Shown here in pieces: positions 1-14,010 of a stretch of 64,000 nucleotides of DNA. Every line of letters begins with the position of its first letter. Position 1 is the stretch's first letter. The notes below the pieces were generated by a model. The model worked only from the letters and a program-made list of their open reading frames with translations. It did no database searches and was not told the origin of the DNA. The stretch is from Octopus bimaculoides (lineage: Eukaryota). Both the position numbers and the translations under genes were made by a program. The DNA is taken from assembly GCF_001194135.2 (NCBI RefSeq), contig NC_068998.1, forward strand, positions 11,932,860-11,996,859, written 5' to 3'.

Positions 1-299
1 GGATGTGGTAAAGGGAGGGGGGTGGGTGGAGATATTTAGATGTGATGACAGTGTTAGTAGAACTATAGTGCTTCAAGTTAGTTCTCATTTCCAACTTGTA
101 TAAGAAGCAAGAGGTGACTGAGTAAGGACTCATTCAACAGGAGTTGGGTTGTCAACATCAACAGACTTAACAGCTGCAGGAGCAAAGTAGGAACGAAGAC
201 TGAATATCTACCTGGAGTTGTTTACTTTGCTGGTGCTACTTCTGAATATCAGTTTCTGGTGACAAGTCAATATACAAAAGGACATGTAAACAGAAAGTT

Positions 300-838
300 T
301 GGTTTACTTCAGCAATGGTTTATCATTTTCATCATCCTCACTACCTTTACTGTCACCAGTAAGAGCTTCTTCTGCTCTATCTCCTTCAGTTAATATCTGA
401 TATCCAGATTCTGATAGCATCTTCTGTAACATGTTTCTCTTGCCCCTCTAAAATCCACAACAAAAATCACTTGCCTTGAATTCTTCAAAATTGTATTCTA
501 CCTCAACATTTATAATCCCCACAAGCACTGATTAGACTGGTAATCTTCAGTGTCCTCCACGAAACTGCTAAACTGAATATTGCTGACTTGAGGTTTTAGT
601 TTTTTCTTTTTCTTTTTATTATTTTCTTATTGTCCTAGTGTCTCTTCTATCACAGTGAGAACTTCATTCATATATCATTTGTAGTCTACAATTATACATC
701 AATCTATTGATGGAACTGTGGCAGTAACATTGAGTGTTAAGAAAATACAACTTATTTTCTCATCATTACTGACAAGATGGTGACTGAGTCAGTAGGTGCA
801 TTGTCAAGAATTAACACTGCCTTCATCTCTCAGCAGAG
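300..838 (-). mobile_element. pogo/Tigger (Jerky-like DDE_1) transposase remnant, C-terminal half
   Basis: Degraded frames read MKAVLILDNAP..LVSNDEKISCIFL.., LKSAIFSLAVSWRTLK.. and SGYQILTEGD..EEAL..SEDDE, matching Tigger motifs (KAVLLLDNAPAHP, DPGYQILTDEEI). Stops and frameshifts are present. Confidence 0.7.
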
Positions 839-841
839 AAT

Positions 842-1600
842 TTGAAGACATCTTACTGGGATTTATGCATTTCAAGAATGAAATGTGAGGAAAACCAGTT
901 GTTAAAAATAAGCAAGATTTCACCACAATGCACTCGTACATCATATCTTTCAAAACTCACAGATATGACTTTCCAGCCATCACTAATTTTAAAAGATACA
1001 TACTGTTTGTGTTTATATGCTTGAAATCAATGCACACATGCTCTTTTCTTGATCTGGTGACAGTCAAAGAATTCTGCGCATATCCTCATGACATGGAAAT
1101 GAAAGCTCAGTTCACGGAATGTTGGTACCCCATGTTCCCCGAAACTTCAAGATCCAGTGATTGGCATACAAAGTCATGATATTTATTTGGGGGAATGAGA
1201 CTAGCATCATTCTCCCTGATTTGCTGAAACATGGCTGCACCATGAACAGCAAGTGGTACACTGATATGCTAAAAAGATGTAGAGAAACCATTAACAAGGA
1301 AAGGATCTACAATCACTATTTCAATGCACAATCACATCTCCGGCAACAAATCAAGCAATTAGCAAACTGGACAGGTCAGTGACACCCCATCAAGCACACA
1401 GCTTGGATGTGGTGCCTCAAACTTTCACTTGTGCTAATCAAGAACAATATTTCAGAACAATGATTTGATAACAGATAAAACGAAGGAAGCTGTAGAGAAA
1501 TAGGTCAAACAGCATACACTAAATTTTTTTCAAAGGGAATTGGAAGGTTGGGTTCAGCGGAGGTAAATGCATTGCTTCTGAGGGAGACTATGCTGAGTAG
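842..1600 (+). mobile_element. mariner transposase remnant
   Basis: KVMIFIWGNETSIILPDLLKHGCTMNSKWYTDML resembles KVMLTVFWD..GVILIDFL..G.TINSERY. The C-terminus gives KCIASEGDYAE* (ends 1600), like mariner KCI..EGDYVEK. Frameshifted; abuts the pogo remnant. Confidence 0.8.
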
Positions 1601-1737
1601 GACCTTTGTAAAGAGATCTAACGCATGCAATGTGAACAACCCATACCAGTTAATAAAAGAAAACTATGCACACTTTTGCATTACTTTTATAACAATCTTT
1701 GTATACATAGATACACCATACACATATATAAGCACAA

Positions 1738-1771
<34 letters not shown>

Positions 1772-4309
1772 GCACACATATATATTACACACAATTACAC
1801 ACATACGTAAATGTTAAAATAATGTTATTTCAAGGCAGATTTAAGAAATAGTGAGCATTTACTCTCTATACTGAGGGTAGAGTCAAGTTTATTGTGAAGA
1901 TCAAGTTTCACATATCAGCTCGTTCAACCTTTACACATAAATGTATGAGTGCACACGTGTGTGTGTGCCTCCTTTTGACATTGAGAGATAGCTGTCAAAA
2001 TGTGTCACTGTCATACATGTGGTGTCATTTGTTTGGATCTTCCATTGAGACATGTTCAGTCAGAGGTTGTGTTGATCATCTTGAAAAGTGTAGGGGAAAT
2101 ATTAACTTGCTTGGAAGCAGGCAGGAGTTGGCATCCAGCCATAGGAAATTTGTCTCAATGAATTTCATCTGACCCATGCAAATATGAACAGAAATATATA
2201 TACAGACACCACACATACAGACTAAAAAATATATATATATATATAGATATATAACAACGCACATAGAGAGAGATGGGTATCAGCATTTAATGTCCATGTT
2301 CCTTGTTGGCATGGGCTAGATGGTTTAAGAGGATCAGACAGCTCCAAGGACTGGATTAAGCTCAAGTGTCTGTTTTGGCATGGGTTCTATGACTAGATGC
2401 TCTCCCTGGTGCCAACCACTTTACAACATATAGTGGGTGCGTGTTTTTACTTTCTTTTTGTGACACTAGCACTAATGGAGTCACCATGCAAATTGCAAGA
2501 CTAAGATCCCCTTCAACTGAGTGAATTCTATTTCATATCTTCAGAGCAGGTGACTGAGGTAACAGGCTAGTCAGTTCATCACTCAGCAAAGTTCTGACCT
2601 TTAAACACAATGCATTATGACTCATTTATCAAAGATGATAGAAAGGGAAGTCACTTTAGTTTCATGCTAAGATGGAAGCCACATGTTATATGTTGATACA
2701 CACACACATTCAGCATTATAAAATTATCAACAAATATTTCTTAATCAGTGATGAATAGACAATATAATCAGTCAATCTATTGTGGTTAAGGCACAAAAAA
2801 AAAGGAAGACAGAAAATAATAAAGCAAACCTATAATAAAAGCATCCCAAACATGACCAGCATGTCTTCATTTTTGTTTTTTTCTTCTTTTAAGTGTAATG
2901 CATTTGGTACGTTATTTAACGTTTTCTGTTTGTTAAAGAGAGTAGAGTGTGATGTGAAGGAAATTTGGCAGCTAGCTAGATCGAGTGAGTGAAGCAACCA
3001 TGAAGAGGCTCCCTTGCTGGCTTATGGCATAATTAGATAAAAACCTTCTTCCATACAGATTTGATAGCACAGAATTGAAATACTCATATTGCATTGCAGA
3101 CCTGTCAAACCCATGGCAATATAAGAAAAGACTAAACTGATGATCATCATCAGATCATGAATATCTAAATAATGGTGGCCAAGCCAACTAGTTGGAAAAA
3201 AAGTAAAATATATTTAGTTCCTTTTCTTTGACTAGATGTTATGGATGCTTGCAGGTACAGTCAATTAATTAAACATTTATATATGTTTTTTTTTTTGTTT
3301 GTTTAAAATTAAGAGACATTAAAGTTCAGCTCAGTGAGATTTCATGTGAAAACAGATATGAAACAAAATACTCTATTGTATTTTATTCAGCACTCTTATT
3401 ATAATTAATGTAATTTGTATGTTTAAACGTTTTATATTTTACAGTTGGTCATCAAAACAGGGTTCATAAAAGTTGAATTTTCAAATCAAAATTTAAAAAT
3501 ATTTTCTAGTGCTAAAATATTTTTATACTTCAACAGAACAAATAAAATAGATGACACTATGAAAAACAAACTACCAATAAGTTAAATACAATACTAACAA
3601 ACTGATAATTAAAAGTATTTCAAAATAAAAGCAACACAACAACTATAACAGAATCTTCCTGTACTTGACTAGAGATCTTGTAGAATTCAGTTCTATATAT
3701 AACCTAACCATTATCTTTTGATCTTAGAGGATAAACTGAACTTTTTTTTTAAAGTATTAAAATCACATAGGAGTTATTAAATTCAGCATCCTACAACCAG
3801 TCCAGTAAGCAGTTGCATGTGTGTGTCTTTGTGCTTTCATACTTTAACACTGATATTTCACAGCTGGAAGTACTTCCCAGTAGTAACCACTTTAGTGTAA
3901 AATGAGATGGTATTTTTATTACTATATAAGAATATTTAGAAAAACTCAGAATCTCTTTTTTTGTTTGCTTTCTTTCTTTTGTATCTCTTCAGACCTATAT
4001 AGAAGTGTACAAATATACTTTCATAAAAAGTTGGTCCCCCCACTCTTCTTTTTTAACAGAACACTAGCCTAACTTCCCTTTCAGAACTACTTCTCCAAAT
4101 ATATCATATCAATGTAATACACTAATTTCACTTTAAAATGTGCCAATTGATTCAAGAAGTCCCTTTCCATCACAGACAATCGAGTAGACTAGCAAAGCAT
4201 AAACATGAACTTCGTGTATTGTAATTAATTCAATTAAGCAAATAACTGGTAAAAATCAGAATTCACTCTCCTATCTATATATATATATATATATATATAT
4301 ACATGTGCA

Positions 4310-4700
4310 TGTACACAGAGGAGGAGCATCTGCTGTGACTACAGAGACCCACATGTGAATGACAGCCCAGACCACCATTCCTATCCTTGCAGGGGTTTTT
4401 TCCCCATTCATTTTGCTTTTCTTCATCAGTGAGCCTCAGCCTCTTCTCTTGTCTTTTTAAACCCTTGCCTAGTTCCAATCTCCAGTGGGGACAATCATCA
4501 GCAATGTCCTCCCTCTTTTCAACTTTCGTGTACAGAAACTTAATATTTCTCTTGCAGACATCTATGAAATAAATGATGATGGAATTATCCACCCATTGTC
4601 CTCTTGCTGGAAACCAGTTTACCATACAGCAAGTCTTGGAATCCTCCCATTTGACATCCAATGCATGTAGCCCAGAGAGTTGGAGCATCGTTGCTGAAGA
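4310..4700 (-). mobile_element. RTE LINE 3' fragment
   Basis: DVCKRNIKFL..EDIADDCPHWRLELGKGL..CHSHVGLCSHSRCSS matches the RTE ORF C-terminus (KDVCKRDLK..WEDLA.DRSRWR..CHSRIGL.SH). Confidence 0.8.
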
Positions 4701-4840
4701 AGGACGAGGAGGCTGGGTATCTTGCACAACACAGGATCTGTCTCATTTATATATACATAACTTCTACAAAATGCTGTCCAATCTCAGATTCATGTCAACT
4801 ATTTATCAACTTCTTTGCTAAATATATCACCATAATCATT

Positions 4841-5044
4841 TTTACCTGTTAGCATTTAAACAAGCCGTATCAGTCCAAAATATTCTACATGTTTTATGTT
4901 CAAACCAGCCAGATACAGCCTCTCACACCTACCCAACAGTGTCCTTCTAAATATAAGCAATCACATCATGACAATCTCAAAGCCAAACATTATGGGTAAA
5001 TAAGCATTACATTTGACAGAAGAATCTGAATGCTAAAGGGTTAA
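4841..5044. mobile_element. TTAA-flanked MITE (piggyBac-type ends)
   Basis: Ends are ttta cctgttagcatt ... aatgctaaagggTTAA. It is the same family as 12768-12996. Confidence 0.65.
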
Positions 5045-6008
5045 GTACCATTTCCCACACTAGCAATATATGGAGAAGTCTCCACTCTAGAGTAACTTAT
5101 TAGATGCCTCAATGCTACTTCATCTCATCAGTAAATTAAACATTCTCAAAATTGGTCTAATATTTCTTCCACAGTAATCTTTGATATAACATAACCACGT
5201 GTACCTTTTAGTGCTAACTTTTAGTATTTTGCCACTCATCATATCTATAGAATGCCTCTGGTATTGAGCCTTTCTCCCAACATACCTTTAATCCCTATTT
5301 TGCACAATTAGTGAATCATACTAAATGCATTTCTTGGAACACTTAAAACATGTAGTCTGTATCAAAGAACCAGATGCAGTTTCAGATGAATTGGTATGAA
5401 AAATGTTGAATGATCAAGTATCACTAACAACAACAACACTGGATTTTCATTTTTCCATTGTGGCATGTTTGCAATAGAGAACCTTCAAAAGATCTTGACC
5501 CTTATAATTCAAAGCATCAGAATGTCCTCTATTACCTTGTACTGATGCACTTGAAGGGGTTTGTTTTGCATAATGTTTACAGCCTGTTCCTCCACAGCAG
5601 CAGAAGTTAGATTATACAATATCCAATTCTTTTAGAAAATTTAAAGTTTAAATTGAAAACAAAACTAAAATAGTATCATTCAATCTGTTTTGCAGGGTGA
5701 AGCAATTTGTATTATAGAGTGAGAATACAAACTAATGTATTAAATGTAGATGTTAACAAGTAACAATTTGATGTAATGAAGGCAATAAAAGAGGTTAAAT
5801 AGAGAAGCTGGCAAGCAAAAATGATTGCAAGAGACCAGAATACAATTAGTTAAATAATGGATTAAGACTAACATACATAAGAAATTAGTAGTGTTCAGGC
5901 TACCAACACACACACACATATCCATCTTATTCAACTAATGAAAACTACCTCAATGAAGTTGATATGTACAGTAGCCATGGTGTGTAAAACTAGTATAACT
6001 TTTTTTAT

Positions 6009-6389
6009 GGCACTCTGTCGCTTACGACGACGAGGGTTCCAGTTGATCCAATCAACGGAACAGCCTGCTCGTGAAATTAACATGCAAGTGGCTGAGCACT
6101 CCACAGACACGTGTACCCTTAATGTAGTTCTCGGGGATATTCAGCATGACACAGAGTGTGACAAGGCTGGCCCTTTGAATTACAGGCACAACAGGAACAG
6201 GAAGTTAGAGTGAGAGAAAGTTGTGGTGAAAGAGTACAGCAGGGTTCGCCACCATCCCCTGCCGGAGCCAGGTGGAGCTTTTAGGTGTTTTCACTCAATA
6301 AACACTCAAAACGCCCGGTCTGGGAATCGAAACCGCGATCCTATGAATGCGAGTTCGCTGCCCTAATCATTGGGACATTGCGCCTCCAC
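6009..6389 (-). mobile_element. Full-length tRNA-derived SINE
   Basis: The minus-strand head gtggaggcgcaatgtcccaatgattagggcagcg...ggtttcgattcccagaccggg has A- and B-box-like motifs. Its 3' part recurs at 33546-33665 on the plus strand. Confidence 0.8.
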
Positions 6390-7860
6390 TCTAGTATAAC
6401 TATTTAATCTTTATTTTCATCATTAAGAGCAATAGGCCATTAATAAGAAGGATCCTTCCAAGCATATCTCAAACAGTCTGAAGTAATGGAACCCAAAAAA
6501 GTAAAGCAATAAATAGTTGTATATAATCTAAAAGAGGCCACACAAACGGCTAGGTTCTGTATTAAATGGTTATGATAGCTCAAAAAGAGACTTAACATTT
6601 AATATAATCACAACATTTATTACAGACATTTTCATGAGAAAATTGAAGATTTCATCAGACTAATAATAAACTGATGATAGAATCTGAAAGCACTTAATGA
6701 GGGGTAATAAAGTACAGAAGTGTTATGACTAGCTAATAAGCTATATGAGTGGAATAATGACTATACCTTGTGTCAACTTCACTGAATGTTGCAACTTCAG
6801 TACAGAAAGTAATTAGCTTATTTAAAACTGAAGTCAGAATTTTTATGACAAGTAAATTAACAAGAGGAACAGGGACACATGTGAATGCAGTTTTATTCAT
6901 GAAAATACACTTAATTATGAAAATACAAGGGGCTTCCTATATGCAGTAGAATGCTACAAAAATGTCTCACATTCAGCATTTATCATGAATTCTTGTATAT
7001 CTTCCTGTTACCAATTTTAATACCATGTTCATTTCATAAGAACTAGAACCAACATGCTATCTTAAACATAGCATTTTGATAGTGAGACAAGTTTTAATAT
7101 ATACAGATTATAAGCGAGATGAGCTTGGAGAATCTTTAGAACAGTTAAAATGAATCTAAAACCTTGGCAAAGCAACATTTTAAACGCAAATATATGAAAT
7201 ACACATATAAGTTGAGCAATATTTGAGAGACAGCAAAATAATCCTTCCCTTTCTACAATAAGCACAAGGCCTGAAATTTTGGTGAGCAGAGCTAGATGAA
7301 CAGGCTGACCCCAGTTGTTCAAATGGTACTTATTTCACTGGCCCCAAAAGAATGAAATGCAAAGTCAGCTTTCCACCTTTGAGAGAGAAAGAGAGAAAGA
7401 AGTATTCCATCCACCACTATCCTGTCTTTTTCTTATGTGCAGGAAACCTTGATCTACATTATATAATGTATCATTTCCTAAGGCAATAAGGTATGCATTG
7501 ATAAACAGATTTGTCAGCTACTTTTAGCAGATCGAGAATGATTTTGATCAAAGATCTGATCACTAAAACAACAAGAAACTATTAGAAGCACTGAACATTA
7601 ATCTAGTAGACACATACATGCACATAAAAAAAAAAATGGCATGCAAATAAACATAGACATGTACTAACAGCTTTCTTTTATTCCTAAATCCCCATGTGTG
7701 TTTGTTTTCAGGATTAATAAATCAAGGCAAATATCTATAAAGCACTTGGTAATGTATGGTGTTATCATCAATTAAAAATGTGATTTTCTCCATTCCTGTT
7801 TTTGTTTTTATATATACATATGTACATACATACACACATACACATGTTATATATATATTG

Positions 7861-8120
7861 TGAAGGCAAATGGCTTAGTGGTTAGGGTGTTGCACTCACG
7901 AATGTGAGATCAAAGGTTCAACTCCTAGACCAAGCATTGCGTTGTGTTCTTGAGCAAGGCACTTCATTTCACATTGCTCTTTGATCATTTCGTCATCTGA
8001 CATGTGGCACACAGTGCACCTGTACAGGTAATGTCGATTTGACGGAGGGAGTGAGCTTATGTATACAGAAACATTGTTCACTATAAACAAATCATCTGTG
8101 TGGCTGCTCGGCAAGAAACT
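7861..8120 (+). mobile_element. tRNA-derived SINE (gtgttcttgagcaag family)
   Basis: Head tgtgaaggcaaatggcttagtggttaggg...ggttcaactcc followed by gtgttcttgagcaaggcacttcatttcac. Related copies are at 37268-37800 and about 41540-41700. Confidence 0.7.
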
Positions 8121-8631
8121 ACCAAACCCTCATACATACATTGGCATATTATGTGTGCATGTTCTTTCTTCATGAGTATTCTATTGCTCATCTATCAATT
8201 AGTATAGCATGGTGTAGAGTGATTGACAATATATAAAGTTGATAATTAAGTGTAGTAATTAGGTGATACAATTTTTATTGTTTCATCAAAATTACATTCT
8301 TCCAGTACAATGTTCTTGTTTATGTATATTTGTTATGTAATATATCAAACCCTTCAATAATGTTAGGTTTATATGCAAAATGTTCACAGACAGCTAAAGA
8401 GGGTGCACAGTTGCTGATAAAATCCCAATTCTTCACTTTACAAGCTTTCTCCAGGAATAAATTAACTCATATTTCAAGGCATTACTGTATGTTCAGCTGT
8501 TCTTCGTTGTACATACAGACAAGTTGTTTACAGCTCTCAATATGTACAGCATTGGTTAGAAAAGTCTAAAGATATTCTGTAGTACAGTATAGCAATATAA
8601 CAAAACGCTTTTAACACAACAGTATATATAT

Positions 8632-8793
8632 ATCATCATCATCATCATCATCATCGTTTAACGTCCGCTTTCCATGCTAGCATGGGTTGGACGATTTGAC
8701 TGAGGACTGGTGAAACCGGATGGCAACACCAGGCTCCAATCTAAATTTGGCAGAGTTTCTACAGCTGGATGCCCTTCCTAACGCCAACCACTC
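8632..8793 (-). mobile_element. Young retroposon 3' end with (GAT)n tail, next to a TA repeat
   Basis: (atc)n-gtttaacgtccgctttccatgctagcatgggttggacg...ggatgcccttcctaacgccaaccact. A 97-nt stretch is identical to 17287-17383. Confidence 0.7.
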
Positions 8794-10681
8794 ATATGCT
8801 CGAGTGTGTGTGTCTGTATGCTTGTAAAGCATGTACACATACAATGGTAACAACAAATAAGATTCAATGAGATCAATAGCAGCTAGGCTGCTATCTCAGA
8901 GTGGATATGCCAATCTGTGTACAAACTTAAGGTAAAAAAAAAAAAAAGCGACCTCTGCATATGAATTATATTGTTAATTACGGTACTGATATCAAATTTT
9001 GATCACTAATAAAATAGTGTACTGTCCAACACGTAGGTTGAACTTTCACTGCTTTCTGACAGAGACTCACTTTGTTATTGCTATTCCTAATATTTCATAG
9101 TTTGGCATCATTCTGAAGTCAAATGAATCTCTCTCTATAGTTTTCAATTCTCTAAGTCTATTGCAAGAAATAATTAATTCCTATCGTTGCCTTTCATCCG
9201 CTATTAAACTGGGAAAAATCATCAAAGTAAAAATGACATATTTGGCTGGTTTTCAGAGAATGTTAGCAAATCTGGCAACAAGACCTCCCTATAATCCAAG
9301 ATGAAACTCTTTACTTTGGTCACAGGGTTTCTCATTGATATGTATAAATGTATCCCTGTATGTATACTGCATTTCTTTATGTATGAACAAAAAGAAGCTA
9401 GCATACAAATTGTAATTTCTTTGTCATCTTATATTTCCACCATCTAATATTAGCTCGCCCAGCAACATAAATGCTATTTATATGCACACTACATATTTGA
9501 TGTGCTGAATATAAAACACTTTTAACACAAGTAAAATCATCATACTTTTTGATTGGGATAATCATAAAATAATAATTCAAAACCTCATAGATATTGAAAT
9601 AATTAGTTGAGTGAAAATGCAGCACAAGAAAAAATAAAAAGTTTCAAAATTGACTTAAGACTCACAAACAACACTGATTACATTTCATTAGTGGCTCTTG
9701 ATCTAAACTAACACTGCATAAAAGTAATTAGTTTTTTTCTAAAGCATATTTATTCCAAGCACTTTCTAAGGTGGATACAAGTCTCAAATGGGTTTAAAAA
9801 ATGAATTATGTCCCATTCTAATAATAATGCTAAACACCTTATAAAAAATGTAGAAGAAACCTTAAACAATAAATGATACAAGATGCTATCTTTGACAACA
9901 AAAACAAACCAACCAAACAAAATAAAAGAAAGATCACATTGTTGCACCTGCTAAATCAATAATGACTTAAAAACTCTATTAAAATCACACATCCTAAATG
10001 TTTTGACAAATTCTGTATTTTTGTAGCTTAGAAGCCAAATATTAAGATTTCACATGGTAACAAAGCCAATTTTGACAATTTCACTAGTAAGACCTTTAGA
10101 GAATTGTTAATTTTTAAAAAATCAAAATCCTGTTGAGGCCAATTTTGGTTGATGAAAATAAGTACCAGTACTTTACTGAGATAACTAAAGTGGAGAGAAA
10201 CTAACTAGAAACTGCAATAGTGATCTTGTGCATTCTTAGTAAGCAGACATTTTATAATGCCAAAGACAGCATTTTTCATTCAAAGCTGAAGTAAAATATC
10301 CAAACATAGAAAACAAAAAAAATATAAGAGATTAGATAAAAACCAAAGCATATGTAAGTAGAAAGTGTAGTACCATTAAGCAAACCAAGACTGATGATAA
10401 AGACATTTGAAACAGTACAACTATAGTTATGAAAAAAGTCTTTATTGATAACAACTAATTTATCCTTTTATAATAAGACAGGCCATATTTTACATCTGTA
10501 AACATTTGTAGGTGACAATATAAGAGTATGATTGAAAATGTCTAAGTACAATCCAATGTGAGCATGAAGGAGAGGTTGTGATGATAGGAACTGTGAATAA
10601 AAACAAGAATAAAAAGGATAAAAACTTGCTTCTGAATTGAAACAGGAGTATATGGGATAAGCAAATAGGAAATTGTGTAAC

Positions 10682-10760
10682 CTGAGCCACCAAGGAGAGC
10701 TGAGTCAGCGAAAAGCAGGGGACAATCAGTGGAAATATATTTTGTAGAGCTGTCAAACAT
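10682..10760 (-). CDS. Candidate next coding exon of the E-protein gene
   Basis: ctctttgtaAG|ATG TTT GAC AGC ... GGT GGC TCA G|GTTACA gives MFDSSTKYISTDCPLLFADSALLGGS(G), 79 nt, phase 0 to 1. It starts with MF as expected after LDFSA and ends GS+phase 1 like the vertebrate exon as I recall it. However, the middle lacks the usual SPP and both splice sites are weak. Confidence 0.35.
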
Positions 10761-10945
10761 CTTACAAAGAGATATATTCATGTTTCTTAGAAATACATCT
10801 TCAAAGAAGCTAACCAAAATCTTTTTAACATCAATGGCCAGCATTTGAAATAGAGAATTAATGAAAAATAAAAGACAGACAGAAGAACTGCATGAAGACA
10901 AACTGGTTTATGATGTTGATCAGTGTATTAAATACTCTTTTCTAC

Positions 10946-11140
10946 TTTAGGCACAAGGCCCGAAATTTTTGGAGAGGAGGCCAGTCAATTAGATTGACCC
11001 CAGTATGCAACTGGTACTTAATTTATCGGCCCCTGAAAGGATGAAAGGCAAAGTCAACCTCGGTGGAATTTGAACTCAGAACTTAAAGACAGACGAAATA
11101 CCGCTAAGCATTTTGCCCGGCGTGCTAACATTTCGGCCAA
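10946..11140 (-). mobile_element. CORE-type tRNA SINE
   Basis: Contains gaaaggatgaaaggcaaagtcaacctcggtggaatttgaactcagaac, the reverse complement of the CORE-like block gcctttcatcctttc...ataaattaagtaccag. More than ten copies are visible in the window. Confidence 0.8.
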
Positions 11141-12479
11141 CTCACCACCTTATCAGTGCATTAAATACTATCACAATAACCAGTTCCCGACAAATCTTAA
11201 AACTAAACACTATTTTTATGTTAAGTCATTTTCAATTATTGCCGTACTCTATTAGTAAAAACTGGTGGAATCATCATATGGCAGTGATTGACTGTTGTCA
11301 AATCAATCACTACTCTAAATGGTCCTAATTACAGCTCAAATTAGAAACTGTAACAACTCAATACAGCTTCATCTCATCTCTTTTCTAAAACTGAACCAGA
11401 TGTAATATCCCAATTATATATTTTGAAATAGCTTGTAGAAGTACATGTTATCTATCAAAAGTAGTTAGAAAACTGTTACCACAAACTGTGCCAGAAAATC
11501 AAGTCAAAAATTTCTGACCAGGATAACTTAATTTGCAATAAATCACAATAAAATGACATGTACAACTGCCCACAAAATTGCAGCTCAGTTCAAGACTCCC
11601 TAATGTTGAAAATATTATTAGTTAAATATCAAAAATTAATCAGTGTAAAGTAATGCCAATATATGAGGCATGAAATGAAACTGAACTTTTCCTTGATGTC
11701 TAGAAGTCAGAGTTCATCTCTCTCTCTCTCTCAACTATTTAGAAACTGCTATAGGAAAAAGTGAAATGAAATTACTCAACCACGAATCAAATCTGCATTG
11801 TAAATTCAGATAGTACTCACACGAATATTATAAAAAGTTTGTACTCATTTTTGATCATCTAAATTCTATTGGACAATTAATCTCATCCAACCCTATTTTC
11901 TAAAATCTATAAATTATAAACAAAACCAAAGGGTATGACTTTTATATCAAAAATCTAGTTTTTAAGTGTGATGGTGTTGTAAATATGGCACTCTTACTAT
12001 CCAATCTAGGACTCTCCAAAGCTATGTATTAAAATTCAAATTTCCATTTCAATAAATAATGAATTATTTCACTCACAAGATTTTTTTTTTTTTTATTAAA
12101 CTTGTAATCCAAAAGCTACTTTTAGCTACTAAATTAAAAGAAATTGAAATCAAAATAGCTTCCAGCAAAAAAAGATAAAACATTTTAATGCTCAATTTGA
12201 AATTATACACATAGGCAATGAAAGCAGTTGATGTTACACAAAATAAAATTAAATAAAATTAAAATTAACAAAACAAAATCTAAAAAGTAATGATAAATCT
12301 ATTCCAGAAACCAGTTTTTAATATTTTTTTCAATAATCTAATTTAATATACATTGAAAATATGAAACCTTTTGCACATAGAAACAAACTGCGTATGCAGA
12401 AAATTCTACTTCAGTGTGATGAAAACAGAGGTGATAGTTCAGTGCATTAATGTAAAATAATAATAAGTGTTCAACTTAC

Positions 12480-12558
12480 TGCACTAAAATCAAGTAAATC
12501 ACTAAGTTCTTTATCTGTAGCAATATTCATTCTGTCACCAAGAGTAAACTGTCCAGGT
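12480..12558 (-). CDS. TCF12: Coding exon of a class I bHLH E-protein (TCF12/TCF4/TCF3/daughterless-like), activation domain 1
   Basis: Minus strand reads tttttttttaaacacAG|A CCT GGA CAG TTT ACT CTT GGT GAC AGA ATG AAT ATT GCT ACA GAT AAA GAA CTT AGT GAT TTA CTT GAT TTT AGT GCA|GTAAGT, i.e. PGQFTLGDRMNIATDKELSDLLDFSA. TDKELSDLLDFSA is the hallmark AD1/PCET motif of E-proteins. Splice sites are canonical (phase 2 in, phase 0 out). The symbol is family-level: invertebrates usually have one E-protein, so 1:1 orthology to TCF12 is not implied. Confidence 0.92.
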
Positions 12559-12767
12559 CTGTGTTTAAAAAAAAAACAAAAAAAAACAACAAATGAACAA
12601 ATTATATTATAACATGTATTCAGAACTGCAAAGCAAATTCTAGAAAAACAAAATCTTTATCATAGCAACAATATCAGCTTTCCTTATGTTCACAGCAACA
12701 AAGATAGGACTTCTCTACAATATGTTGATTTCTAAATAAATACATAGAGCAGATTTTAAATGCAAAT

Positions 12768-12996
12768 TTAATCCTTTAGCATTTAAAACAGGCCATATCC
12801 GGCCCAAATATTCTACCTCTTTCATGTTCAAACCAGTCAGATCTGACTTCTCATACCTACCCTATACTGTTATTCTAAAAATAAACAATCACATTATCAA
12901 AATATTGAAGGTATGAGATAGCATGTGATTACTTCAAGACAATGTAAATAAATAAGCATTATATTTGATAGAGTAATCCGAATGCAAAAGGGTTGA
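12768..12996. mobile_element. TTAA-flanked MITE, second copy
   Basis: TTAAtcctttagcatt ... aatgcaaaagggttga; the internal sequence aligns with 4841-5044. It lies about 210 nt from the AD1 exon acceptor. Confidence 0.65.
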
Positions 12997-13249
12997 GTAA
13001 ATGAGGCAATATATAATTACTACAAGAATCATAGATGAAACATGACACATACTCAAAGTGTGGTCATGTATCTTGTATTTAGTTGTATCCACAAGAGTTT
13101 GGATCTACACCAAATAGAATCTTCTCTGACGACTCATAAGGTCACCATGATAAAACAATTTCATAAATAAATAAACACTGCAGTGCCTCTTCTTGATCTA
13201 ACCATATACACCTGTATAATATTTTAGTTTCATTTAATATCCAGTTAAT

Positions 13250-13289
<40 letters not shown>

Positions 13290-13602
13290 TTTGTAAACTA
13301 TAACCACTTTACTACCAAACAATTCTTAGTTGAAACTAGGTTTCAATTTTATCAAAAGCAGTAAAAATGAAATTATTATCTTACTAGTCAGTTACCAAAG
13401 AAATGCTTCGACCGGGATATTGTAGGTGTATAACAGGTACAGGAGCTCCACATTTATTAAAATGCAATAAATTTGAAGAGATTGACACCTCTACAAGCTA
13501 GGGATAACTACTCCTACTCATACTCAAGAAATAGTAAATTACTATGTGATATACAAATTACAGCAGAAAATCTCCCTTGTTCATTACCCTTTTCTATTAT
13601 AT

Positions 13603-14010
13603 GCACAAGGCCTGAAATTTGGGGGGAAGAGGGCTAGTTGATTAAATTGACTCCAGTGCTCAACTGGTACTTATTTCATTGACCCCCAAAAGGATGAAAG
13701 GCAAAAATCAACTTGGTGGATTTGAATTCAGAATGGAAAGCTGGAAGAAATGCCATTAAGTATTTTGTTTGGCAAAGTAATGATTCTGCCAGCTTCCCAC
13801 CTTCCCCTGTTCGTTATCAAAAGTAATTCTGAAAGCTTTCTTACATAGGCACAAGGCCCAGTACTTGAGTGGTTCTTTTATTTTATCAAACCCAGAAGGA
13901 TGAAAGACAAAGATAACCTAGGTAGGATTTGAAAGAGCAGAGAGTGTAGAGACCCAGAATCAATACTGCAAGACCCTTTGTTTCCCTCTAACAATTTTAC
14001 CCATCCATCA
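13603..14010 (-). mobile_element. Two adjacent degraded CORE-type SINEs
   Basis: aaggatgaaaggc...ggatttgaattcag (about 13690) and aaggatgaaagac...ggatttgaa (about 13900). Confidence 0.65.

Noticed and set aside
6300-6389. tRNA-like sequences with A and B boxes (also about 7861, 37730-37800 and 38660)
   Set aside because: They are SINE heads continuing into SINE bodies; no complete cloverleaf was seen.
9222-9404. Open frame after a tacAG acceptor (GIHLYISMRNPVTK...)
   Set aside because: No donor before the stop and no resemblance to E-protein sequence.
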